Notes under the pieces: model-generated
Told to the model about the DNA's origin: nothing
Database searches by the model: none
What the model saw: the letters and a program-made list of their open reading frames with translations, nothing else
In this document: positions 8,225 through 16,580 of the stretch, piece by piece
Position numbering within the stretch: the stretch's first letter is position 1
Layout: the number at the start of each line of letters is the position of its first letter
Program-made: the position numbers and the translations under genes
Origin: Candidatus Kapaibacterium sp.
GTDB taxonomy: Bacteria; Bacteroidota; Ignavibacteria; Kapaibacteriales; UBA4661
Assembly (NCBI GenBank): GCA_025358765.1
Contig: JANYIG010000165.1
Coordinates: 6,024-70,023 of the forward strand
Length of the DNA: 64,000 bases
Reading direction: 5' to 3'

Positions 8225-10231
8225 TTATGATTCGATGGTTGTAGTATCGTCAGAGGCGTTATTGAAGGTTTTTTCAGATTCTTGGATTTCCTCGGATTCA
8301 TTAACCGTTTCGCCGTCAAAGTATGCACGGAGCCTCTGTGCTGCCTTTATGCCAATAGCATTCTCGATAGCCTCGTGGGAAGCCGTTTTTACGCCTTCAA
8401 CCGAACCGAACGTGATGAGTAACTTTTGTGCGGTTTTGTCGCCGATTCCTGCAATGCCCGTTAGTTCCGTTTGAAGCGTGCGTTTGTCGCGCAGCAAACG
8501 GTGGAACTCAATCGCAAAGCGGTGTGCCTCGTCGCGGGCTTGTTGAATAAGTTTCAGGCTGCTGGAGGTTTTGGGCAGCAAAATAGAATCGGATTGTCCG
8601 GGAACGAATACTTCTTCTAACCGCTTTGCCAAGCCAATCGTGGGGATGTGTCCGTTTGCGGCTTCTTCGCCAAATGCGCCATCATGTAGCCCTAAGCCGC
8701 GCAAAATCTCGACCGCGTGGGAAAGCTGTCCTTTTCCGCCGTCTATCACGATTAAGTCTGGTCGCGCTGAGTTTTCTTCCAACATCCGCTTGTAGCGCCG
8801 CCCGACGACCTCTTGCATGGATTTAAAGTCGTCAATGCCTTCCACCGTCCTGATTTTATATTTACGATATTCCGATTTTTTCGCTTTGCCATCCACAAAC
8901 ACTACCATCGAAGAAACCGTTTCGCTGCCTTGAAAGTGCGAGTTATCGAAACAATCAATCCGGCGTGGTGGGTGCTTCAAACGCAAATCGCGCTGCAACG
9001 CCAGCACCGAACGCGGTAGAATGGAGCCTTTATCTTCCTCGCGCTTCAAACGCTGGAGTTCAAGTTCTCGCAACAAAAATTCCGCATTCGCCGCCGCCAT
9101 GTTCACAAGTTTACGTTTGTCGCCAATCTGCGGCACGGAGATTTCAATTTTGCTCCCACGTTTGTCGCGGAGCCATGTTTCAAGGATTTCCCGTTGTTCG
9201 AGTTCCACCGGCAGGAAAATTTCGTCCGGCACATCGTCGCTTTCAATGTAAAATCGCTCGAACGTAGCTTGCAATAACTCTTCGGTGGTTTTACCTTCGG
9301 AATTTGCTATGTAAAAATGTTGCCGCCCGATGAGCTTGCCGTCACGCACTTTGAAAATCACCGAACACGCATCCCGCTCGCTTTGGGCAACCGCCATGAT
9401 GTCGCGATCTATCAATTCCGTCGTGACCACTTTTTGTTTGTCGGAATATTCACGGAGCGATTGCAATCGGTTCCGCAACCGCAAGGCTTCCTCAAAGCGT
9501 AATTCCTCCGATGCACGCTCCATATCGAGCTTAATTTCTTGCTCCACCGAGCGCGTTTTGCCCTTCAAAATCTGCATAGCTTGTTTTATCATCGTTCCGT
9601 AGTGTTCCCGCGAAACAAAACCTTCACACGGACCTTCACATTTTTTGATGTGATAATCAAGGCAGACTTTGTGCTTACCTTTTTGGATGGAATCGTCCGT
9701 CAAATCAAGGCTGCACGAGCGAATCGGAAAAATCGAGCGCAATGTGTCGAGCATGGCATACATATACCTTGGTTCGCCGTAGGGACCGAAATATTTGCTC
9801 CCGTCGCGGATGATTTTGCGTGTAGCAAAGATGCGCGGATACGGCTCGTTCGTAACGCGGATGTACGGATATGACTTATCGTCCTTGAGCAAAATATTAT
9901 AGCGTGGCTTGTGCTCTTTGATGAGCGTATTTTCGAGGATGAGCGCCTCGACTTCCGAATCGGTGATGATAAACTCAAAATCCACAATTTTTTGCACCAG
10001 CACTTTCGTCTTCGCATCCATCGGGCGACCCGCTTGAAAATAGCTACGGACGCGGTTGCGAAGGTTTTTTGCTTTGCCGACGTAGATAATTGTTCCGTCG
10101 GCACTTTTGTGCAAATACACGCCCGGATTTTTCGGCAGGTTATGCAGCTTCTCCGCCAGCGTCGCACTTGGGATAAGGAGTTCTTCCTGTTCCGAAGCCA
10201 TTTCATGGTTTGGTTGTGCTTGGTCTTGCAT
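8225..10231 (-). CDS. uvrC: Excinuclease ABC subunit C (UvrC)
   Basis: GIY-YIG motif (GVYLHKSADGTIIYVGKAKNLRNRVRSY), a UvrBC-interaction domain, and a C-terminal HhH pair (GIAGIGDKTAQKLLITFGSVEGV). The ORF-track start at 10237 is TTG; the first ATG is at 10231, with another candidate at 10201. Confidence 0.9.
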   Translation of the reverse strand: MQDQAQPNHEMASEQEELLIPSATLAEKLHNLPKNPGVYLHKSADGTIIYVGKAKNLRNRVRSYFQAGRPMDAKTKVLVQKIVDFEFIITDSEVEALILENTLIKEHKPRYNILLKDDKSYPYIRVTNEPYPRIFATRKIIRDGSKYFGPYGEPRYMYAMLDTLRSIFPIRSCSLDLTDDSIQKGKHKVCLDYHIKKCEGPCEGFVSREHYGTMIKQAMQILKGKTRSVEQEIKLDMERASEELRFEEALRLRNRLQSLREYSDKQKVVTTELIDRDIMAVAQSERDACSVIFKVRDGKLIGRQHFYIANSEGKTTEELLQATFERFYIESDDVPDEIFLPVELEQREILETWLRDKRGSKIEISVPQIGDKRKLVNMAAANAEFLLRELELQRLKREEDKGSILPRSVLALQRDLRLKHPPRRIDCFDNSHFQGSETVSSMVVFVDGKAKKSEYRKYKIRTVEGIDDFKSMQEVVGRRYKRMLEENSARPDLIVIDGGKGQLSHAVEILRGLGLHDGAFGEEAANGHIPTIGLAKRLEEVFVPGQSDSILLPKTSSSLKLIQQARDEAHRFAIEFHRLLRDKRTLQTELTGIAGIGDKTAQKLLITFGSVEGVKTASHEAIENAIGIKAAQRLRAYFDGETVNESEEIQESEKTFNNASDDTTTIES

Positions 10232-10367
10232 GGTCAATTGTCCCGATTATCCATAATCAATTCGAGAAACGTGCAACTTTCGCAGGAAATTTTCGTTGTA
10301 ATTTGATAGGTTCTCGTGTAAATTCGAGACGTTACAATGTACTCATATTGTTTTTGGAGCTATCATC

Positions 10368-10580
10368 ATGGAATTTCTAAAGAAAATCGCCCTCTTTGGC
10401 GGGGCAATCGTCTTGGGCTATATTATGCTCAAACTTGTATTTGGTGTGTTAGGATTTGCATTTTCGATGCTGTGGATGGCAATTACCTTGCTGCCGCTTA
10501 TCATCATCGCTATCCCGATTTACCTGTATCTCAAGCGCAAACTACTCCCAAATCACGACGACCCATATCGTTTGCGCTAA
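10368..10580 (+). CDS. Small (70 aa) two-TM membrane protein, copy 1 of a tandem pair
   Basis: MEFLKKIALFGGAIVLGYIML... contains two hydrophobic helices and a basic C-terminus. Confidence 0.4.
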   Translation: MEFLKKIALFGGAIVLGYIMLKLVFGVLGFAFSMLWMAITLLPLIIIAIPIYLYLKRKLLPNHDDPYRLR

Positions 10581-10676
10581 TTCGTTTGGGTAAAATATCT
10601 TTCGTATTTGCTCGTTTGTGCATATCACATTGAATTCACTTTTGCGGAACTGATTGCTGAACACATTTCTGAACTC

Positions 10677-10880
10677 ATGGATATTCTCAAAAAACTTGCC
10701 GTCGGCGTAATATCACTCGCCGGCGGTTTTTGCATTATGTTCGCACTCTGGGCGTTGATGACGGGGCGCACCATTCAGATCGATCTCACCGACATTTCGG
10801 TTATCGCTTTTTGGCTGTTTTTCTCGCTGCCAGTCTATGCCTTTTTGAACAAAAAACTACTCTCCAAACGCAGGCGGTAG
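10677..10880 (+). CDS. Small (67 aa) two-TM membrane protein, paralog of 10368..10580
   Basis: MDILKKLAVGVISLAGGFCIMFALWAL... shares the M-[ED]-x-LKK-[IL]-A N-terminus and the KKLL basic C-terminus with the preceding ORF. Start moved to the internal ATG. Confidence 0.4.
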   Translation: MDILKKLAVGVISLAGGFCIMFALWALMTGRTIQIDLTDISVIAFWLFFSLPVYAFLNKKLLSKRRR

Positions 10881-10914
10881 CGATATTTTCGGAGTCTCGG
10901 GGCAAGTTCTCGCA

Positions 10915-12129
10915 TTACGATTTTTCCTTGAACTCCGCCGCTAATACTTGTACGCACATCACACGGAAGGTCTTGTGCGAACCGAATGCCACGCCCACAA
11001 GGTTATACGCCGGATTCAAGATATTTTTGCGGTGTTCCCTGCCAAGCATGCCATCGTCTATCAAAAGTTGCATTACGATGTCGCGGGCATTATCCGGTCC
11101 GTAGCTGCAATTTTCGCCCATGATGCCCCGGGAGCGTTGCCCAAAGCGCTTTGCTCGCTCGCTCGGTGTGCTTCGGTCTGAGCCGATGTGACCAATCAAA
11201 CCCTTCGCACCGCTATCATCCACGTGTACACGGGCAGCCTTCGAGAGTCCGAGTGAACTCTGGAGCGGGACAAGTTGTGGTGTAGTGGCGAGTGCACGAA
11301 TGGCATCATCCATCGCTTTTACGCCTTCTTTTGTTTTGAGGGGAATTCTGCCCGGAAACTGGAAAAGTTTTCCTTTGAAATACCGACGATATTCTTGCAA
11401 CCTCTTGGCATATTCTTGCGGCTTCGTGCGAACGATATTCAACTCATCTACCACAGCGCGTTCAAGAACCGACAAATACGGGGCATCGTTATTCAGTGTT
11501 GCTTGTGCAGCAAGGATTTGTGCTTTTTTGATGTCCTCTGCTGTCACGGTTAATGAGGTTGCTGGAAGTATTTTCCCTTCTGGAATCATCAATACGAACT
11601 GCTCCAGCGTACTTGCTGCCTCATCTTTCGGCAGTTCTTTTGGAAATAAGCGGTATGTCCCAAATTCTTCAATGCTCAGATACAACCCCTTTGCCGTGCG
11701 GAGCGTGTATTTTCCTGCGCCTTTAAGTTCAAACACTTCCGCTGCACCGAGCGTATCACTCATGCCAAGGGCAATGGAGCCGGCAAATCCTTCGCGTACT
11801 CCCAAGTACCTGCCATTACTGGCTTTGAGAGCAATGCGGTGGATAGTGGAATCACCTTCGCCTAATAATGCCAATTCAAATACTTCTTGCTCAGTGGCGC
11901 TGGTACGATTAGCGCTGAATGCTGTGTTGCCGTGGATATCGCGCCCGCCGGAAATATATTTTCCATTGCTGCCCATTATGGCTACTTTGCGGAAGGCGAG
12001 GGGTTGCAAACCTTGAGGTGCTGGAGATGAAGATACGTTTGCATGACAATACTGCATACTCAATAGTGTGCTTATCAGGCAAATACAAACAATCAGCGAC
12101 CGATAACAAATCAACATCATAATTCGCAT
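10915..12129 (-). CDS. Secreted CAP (SCP/PR-1) domain protein with an N-terminal fascin/beta-trefoil-like domain
   Basis: A signal peptide, then a repeated G-x-YL region, then a C-terminal CAP motif (GHIGSDRSTPSERAKRFG...HRKNILNPAYNLVGVAFG). Confidence 0.55.
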   Translation of the reverse strand: MRIMMLICYRSLIVCICLISTLLSMQYCHANVSSSPAPQGLQPLAFRKVAIMGSNGKYISGGRDIHGNTAFSANRTSATEQEVFELALLGEGDSTIHRIALKASNGRYLGVREGFAGSIALGMSDTLGAAEVFELKGAGKYTLRTAKGLYLSIEEFGTYRLFPKELPKDEAASTLEQFVLMIPEGKILPATSLTVTAEDIKKAQILAAQATLNNDAPYLSVLERAVVDELNIVRTKPQEYAKRLQEYRRYFKGKLFQFPGRIPLKTKEGVKAMDDAIRALATTPQLVPLQSSLGLSKAARVHVDDSGAKGLIGHIGSDRSTPSERAKRFGQRSRGIMGENCSYGPDNARDIVMQLLIDDGMLGREHRKNILNPAYNLVGVAFGSHKTFRVMCVQVLAAEFKEKS

Positions 12130-12143
12130 GGCTTGGGTGGTGG

Positions 12144-13256
12144 TTACAATGTGAGGATAAAAAGATAATCATAGTGAATAAGCGGTTTCTGGTTTTTCAT
12201 GCCGATAAGATTTTGTGCGCGTTCCGAGCCGTATTGCGCCACGCCAAAGCCAAGCGTGTTTCCATTTGTATTTTTTGCGTCTTCGCGGGCAATTTTCACA
12301 ATATCGCCTTTTACGAAATCGCCTTCAATGCGTGTGATACCAACCGGAAGCAAGCTGGAAGCCTTCTCCGGCGATAGAAGTTTTTCGGCAGCGCCTGCAT
12401 TCACGTACACCGTACCTTTTTCGTAGCCGTGTGCGTTCGCAATCCAACGTTTGACGCTCGAAGCATTGTTGGTCGGCAGGAACGTTGTTCCAAGCGACTT
12501 TCCGGCGACGATGTCCGTAATGGTGCTTGGGTTCTTGCCGTTGGCAATGTGTACGGTGATGCCGATGCTGGCAAGTTTTTGCGCGATGCTGGATTTTGTC
12601 AGCATTCCACCACGCCCGAACGATGATTTTTCTGCCGATACTGCCGTGCTAAGATTGAGCTTCGCTGCGGTTGCGGAGGCATCAATGATAGGAATAAGTT
12701 TGGCGGCGGGATTCGAGGGTGGGGCATCGAAAATTCCATCCACATTCGTGAGCAGCAACAGCGCATCGGCGCTCATCATCGAGGCAATTAAGCCCGCCAA
12801 TTCATCGTTGTCGGTGAACATCAGTTCGGTGACCGAAACAACATCGTTTTCGTTGACAACGGGTACAATACCACTTTGCAGCAATGCCGAAAAGCAGTTT
12901 TTCATGTTCAGATAGTGTTTGCGGTCACGGAAATCCTCCTTTGTGGCAAGTACCTGAGCGCAAACAAGGCGATGTTCACCAAAAAATTCACGATACGCAT
13001 GGAAAAGCTGAATCTGACCAACCGCCGCCCAAACTTGCCGTGCCGAAACAGCATCAACTTTGTCCGAGAGTTGTACCTGCGCCCTGCCCGCACCCACAGC
13101 ACCGGAAGAAACGGCAATCACGTCCACGCCTTGTGTGCGGAGCGTGGCAATTTGTTGTACCAAATTTTGCATCACCGCAGCATCAAGCATCCTATCGTTG
13201 CCCGTAATGACATTCGTGCCGACTTTAACAACAATTCGTTTATATACAAGTTCCAT
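12144..13256 (-). CDS. proB: Glutamate 5-kinase (ProB) with a C-terminal PUA domain
   Basis: RIVVKVGTNVITG...IAVSSGAVGAGR kinase motifs are present, and the C-terminal PUA domain is present. Start moved to ATG (MELVYKR). Confidence 0.85.
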   Translation of the reverse strand: MELVYKRIVVKVGTNVITGNDRMLDAAVMQNLVQQIATLRTQGVDVIAVSSGAVGAGRAQVQLSDKVDAVSARQVWAAVGQIQLFHAYREFFGEHRLVCAQVLATKEDFRDRKHYLNMKNCFSALLQSGIVPVVNENDVVSVTELMFTDNDELAGLIASMMSADALLLLTNVDGIFDAPPSNPAAKLIPIIDASATAAKLNLSTAVSAEKSSFGRGGMLTKSSIAQKLASIGITVHIANGKNPSTITDIVAGKSLGTTFLPTNNASSVKRWIANAHGYEKGTVYVNAGAAEKLLSPEKASSLLPVGITRIEGDFVKGDIVKIAREDAKNTNGNTLGFGVAQYGSERAQNLIGMKNQKPLIHYDYLFILTL

Positions 13257-13499
13257 CGAAAAAATGCTTTTGGTTGCTTGATTTTCTATTATTTCACGCC
13301 TCATACCTCGCGCCATCAAACCTCTACACTCCAAAACATTCACAAAGTTACAAAACATCACGGTTATACGTGTGGCTTTTTGCGGACAATGGCGCGGTCG
13401 CGTAAATTCGCAAGAAATTCAGTATATTGCACACCGTAGCTCTATCACTACTCATTCGTTTCCGTTTTGCTTTTACGGTAGTCGGGAATATAGCACTTT

Positions 13500-15710
13500 A
13501 TGCGTATCACCGTGATATTCGGACATATTATTACGATTACCGCTGCATTTTGGGTAATACTCCATACCGTTCCGGTCTATGCACAGACGAATCGGGTAGA
13601 TAGCCTTCATGCTTTATTACGAGCCGCACAGAACGCCACACAAAATACGTTGCAAGATTCCGTTGTTGTTACCATTCTCAATGACCTTGCCTTCGATTAC
13701 CGTTATCGTGCGCCGGATTCCATCCTTGCCTACGCGCAGCAAGCAGGCGAATTGGCAGAGCGTATTGGTTACAGCAAAGGATTGGCAAGGGCTTTGACGC
13801 TTGTTGGTTATGCTTACAACCAACAGGGCAGATATGATCTTTCGTTTGAGCGCTACTCATCGGCGCTGCAGATTTCGACCGAACTGGCGGACAAAAACGG
13901 TATTGCGAGCGCACAAAATTTTATTGGGAATCTTCACAAACGGCTTGGAAAGTATAATGATGCTTTAGAAGCCTATTTCAAGGCATTACAGATTTGCGAG
14001 CAGCTTGGACAACGTAATCGGTATGCGTTGGCATTAAGCAATATCGGTGAAATCTATGACTTACAAGGCAAGTACGACAATGCGCTGGATGCATTGTTTC
14101 GGGCATTGAATATTTTCCAGCAAACGGGTCATAACGACATAATACTTGTGCTTCATGGACTTGGGCAAGTCTATCAGCATCAAGGCAAGTACGACCAAGC
14201 ATTAGAGTATTACTTCAAAACGGTGGAAGCAAAAGGGAAAACTGAATACAGGCGATATATTGCTGCCGCACTCTACAATATTGGCTATATTTATGCAAAA
14301 CGAGGAAAATTCGACTCCGCAATCGAATACGCACGGAATGGCTTGAAAGCCGCTCAGGAATTAGGTTCGCAGTATGAACTTTACAATGCGTACAAAGCGC
14401 TTGCCGATACATACACCGAACTTCATAAATCTGCCGAAGCGCTGCAATATTACCGCCGCTACAGCGAACTCAAAGATTCGCTCCTCTCCGACCAACAGCA
14501 AAGCAATATCGCGCATTTGCAGGAAAAAGTAGCAACTGCTACCAACGAAAAGGAAATTCAACTTCTCAAACGTGACCGCGAAGTGCAAGCGGTCGTGCGA
14601 AATTCTTTCATTGCCGGATTTGTGCTTGTATCGGCAGTGGCGTTGCTGGCGTTCAATCGGTATCGCCTGAAACGCCGTTCTGAGGCGCTTTTGCAACAAC
14701 AAAACAATGAAATCAAACAACAGCGCGACAAACTCGAAGAGCAATCAACAGCAATCGCCTCTGCCAATGATGAATTGCAATACGCCAACCATGCGCTCTA
14801 CATCAAGAATAACGAACTTGCTCAATCCGTAACGCAGATTCAGACGCTCAATAACGTTCTGGCAAAGACGAACCGCCGATTAAACGAAATCAATAGCGAA
14901 AAAAATGAACTGCTTGGTATTGTGGCGCACGACCTGAAAAATCCACTTTCGTCGGTAATTTTCAGCACGGAAATGATTCGCACCTACGGCGAAAAAATGT
15001 CCCAAGAAGAGCGCGAGCATCGCTACCGAACAATTGTAACGACGGCACAGCGCATGAATCGTATTGTTACAAATTTGTTGGACATGAATGCTATTGAGTC
15101 TGGAGCCGTGAAATTCTCGATAGAACCCTTTGATATTTGCGAAGTGACGCAAGCAGTCGTCCTCGAATACGCCGAGCGTGCCGCCACCAAAAACATTCGC
15201 ATCTTTTGCGAACAGCCGTCACACGCAGTGTTGGTAACAGCAGACAAAAATTTTACGCGGGAAATTTTGGATAATCTTGTCTCCAATGCCGTTAAATATT
15301 CGCCCCTGAGTACGAGCATTTGGCTACGAGTTACAGAGCCGATGGCGGAAACGTTGGTTGGGCAGACGAGTCAACAGAAAGTGCAGCCGACGGGTGGTAA
15401 TGGTTTATTCACAAGAAAAAACGACGCACCAATGACACGTATTGAAGTGCAAGACGAAGGACCGGGCATTTCTCACGATGATCAGAAAAAACTTTTCAAT
15501 AAATTCGCACGGTTATCTGCAAAACCCACCGGCGGCGAGGATTCAACAGGTTTAGGGCTTTCGATTGTGAAAAAACTTACGGAATCCATGCACGGCAAGG
15601 TTTGGTGCGAAAGCAACCCAGAAAGTGGCAGCCTTGGTGCGACCTTTATTGTGAATCTGCCTGCACATATCCAGATGGAAAATAGCCTCACTTCGGTACA
15701 TTCGGATTGA
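13500..15710 (+). CDS. Sensor histidine kinase with periplasmic/N-terminal TPR repeats
   Basis: A signal peptide is followed by about 8 TPR units (repeated A..Y..A pattern). A TM segment and coiled coil follow. HisKA (HDLKNPLSSV) and HATPase_c (GLGLSIVKKLTESMHGKVW) complete the protein. Confidence 0.8.
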   Translation: MRITVIFGHIITITAAFWVILHTVPVYAQTNRVDSLHALLRAAQNATQNTLQDSVVVTILNDLAFDYRYRAPDSILAYAQQAGELAERIGYSKGLARALTLVGYAYNQQGRYDLSFERYSSALQISTELADKNGIASAQNFIGNLHKRLGKYNDALEAYFKALQICEQLGQRNRYALALSNIGEIYDLQGKYDNALDALFRALNIFQQTGHNDIILVLHGLGQVYQHQGKYDQALEYYFKTVEAKGKTEYRRYIAAALYNIGYIYAKRGKFDSAIEYARNGLKAAQELGSQYELYNAYKALADTYTELHKSAEALQYYRRYSELKDSLLSDQQQSNIAHLQEKVATATNEKEIQLLKRDREVQAVVRNSFIAGFVLVSAVALLAFNRYRLKRRSEALLQQQNNEIKQQRDKLEEQSTAIASANDELQYANHALYIKNNELAQSVTQIQTLNNVLAKTNRRLNEINSEKNELLGIVAHDLKNPLSSVIFSTEMIRTYGEKMSQEEREHRYRTIVTTAQRMNRIVTNLLDMNAIESGAVKFSIEPFDICEVTQAVVLEYAERAATKNIRIFCEQPSHAVLVTADKNFTREILDNLVSNAVKYSPLSTSIWLRVTEPMAETLVGQTSQQKVQPTGGNGLFTRKNDAPMTRIEVQDEGPGISHDDQKKLFNKFARLSAKPTGGEDSTGLGLSIVKKLTESMHGKVWCESNPESGSLGATFIVNLPAHIQMENSLTSVHSD

Positions 15711-15749
15711 CTTTGCATCGTGACCTTGATGCTGGTTTGGAAAATTTAA

Positions 15750-16241
15750 TTAGAGGATTGCAAGAGTGACCCGCGCAAATGGTGCAGAGTCAAGCGCATT
15801 GAGAATGGCGCTATGAAATACGATTGTCGCCTCGCGATGGGAAGGCAGCACGAGCATCGCTAATGTCTGCTCAAGCCCAAGCCACTGGTATTCGCTATGT
15901 TCCTCTGAAAGCTGTACCAAATCGCCAGCGTTATCACAATCATCTTCCGTCAACACCGCTCCAAAACACGGCACCAGAACCACTGCATTCCGTACCACGC
16001 TGAAAAAACTTCCTACGTAGGGCAGCACCCAAAGCTCTTGCGGCTGAATGCCTGTTTCTTCGTGGATTTCACGAAATGCCGTTTGCACGGCTGTTTCTCC
16101 CTCATCAACTCTGCCCGTGACGGGTTGCCAAAGGTTTGGATAGATGGATTCGCTGGGCGCACGACGGAGGCAAAGAAAAAGCCAATCGCCATCTTGATTG
16201 CGACGCACAATGTGCGCCTGAATCATTGTTGGAGTGTTCAT
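15750..16241 (-). CDS. NUDIX hydrolase
   Basis: Nudix box GRVDEGETAVQTAFREIHEETG. Confidence 0.7.
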   Translation of the reverse strand: MNTPTMIQAHIVRRNQDGDWLFLCLRRAPSESIYPNLWQPVTGRVDEGETAVQTAFREIHEETGIQPQELWVLPYVGSFFSVVRNAVVLVPCFGAVLTEDDCDNAGDLVQLSEEHSEYQWLGLEQTLAMLVLPSHREATIVFHSAILNALDSAPFARVTLAIL

Positions 16242-16365
16242 AGAACCAGTGCGAACAGAAGATGTGCGATACGATGATTTGTGTGACGCTGCGGGTTTTG
16301 AAGCCTTTTCATCAGCGATTGCGAGATTTTTCGTACATTTGCAGTTCGCTTAAAGCAGTTTGCTT

Positions 16366-16527
16366 AATTGAAGTTTAGATAAATTCCTGAAAACCGCATC
16401 AAACCTTACGCGCAAGAACCCCACTCAATCTCCCCTTATCAGGGGAGAAGCAAGACGCAACACGTCTTCGTGGCGGCTTGCAGAGGGATGATGCGCTTGA
16501 GGGTAGCCAAGGTTATCTAAACTTAAA
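16366..16527 (+). repeat. MITE-like element copy A (~155 bp; 12-bp TIRs aagtttagataa / ttatctaaactt)
   Basis: It is nearly identical, in reverse complement, to 58414..58575. An internal hairpin tcccct-tatc-agggga is present. The flanks carry cagttcgcttaa on both sides. Confidence 0.6.
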
Positions 16528-16580
16528 CTTAAAGCAGTTCGCTTAAAAATACGTAAAAAACTTCTGATGGACGAATCCCC

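Noticed and set aside
10238-10367. Bacteroidetes-type -33/-7 (TTTG / TAnnTTTG) promoters here and in other intergenic regions
   Set aside because: Several near-matches were seen, but none fitted the TAnnTTTG spacing exactly. They are not called without transcription-start data.
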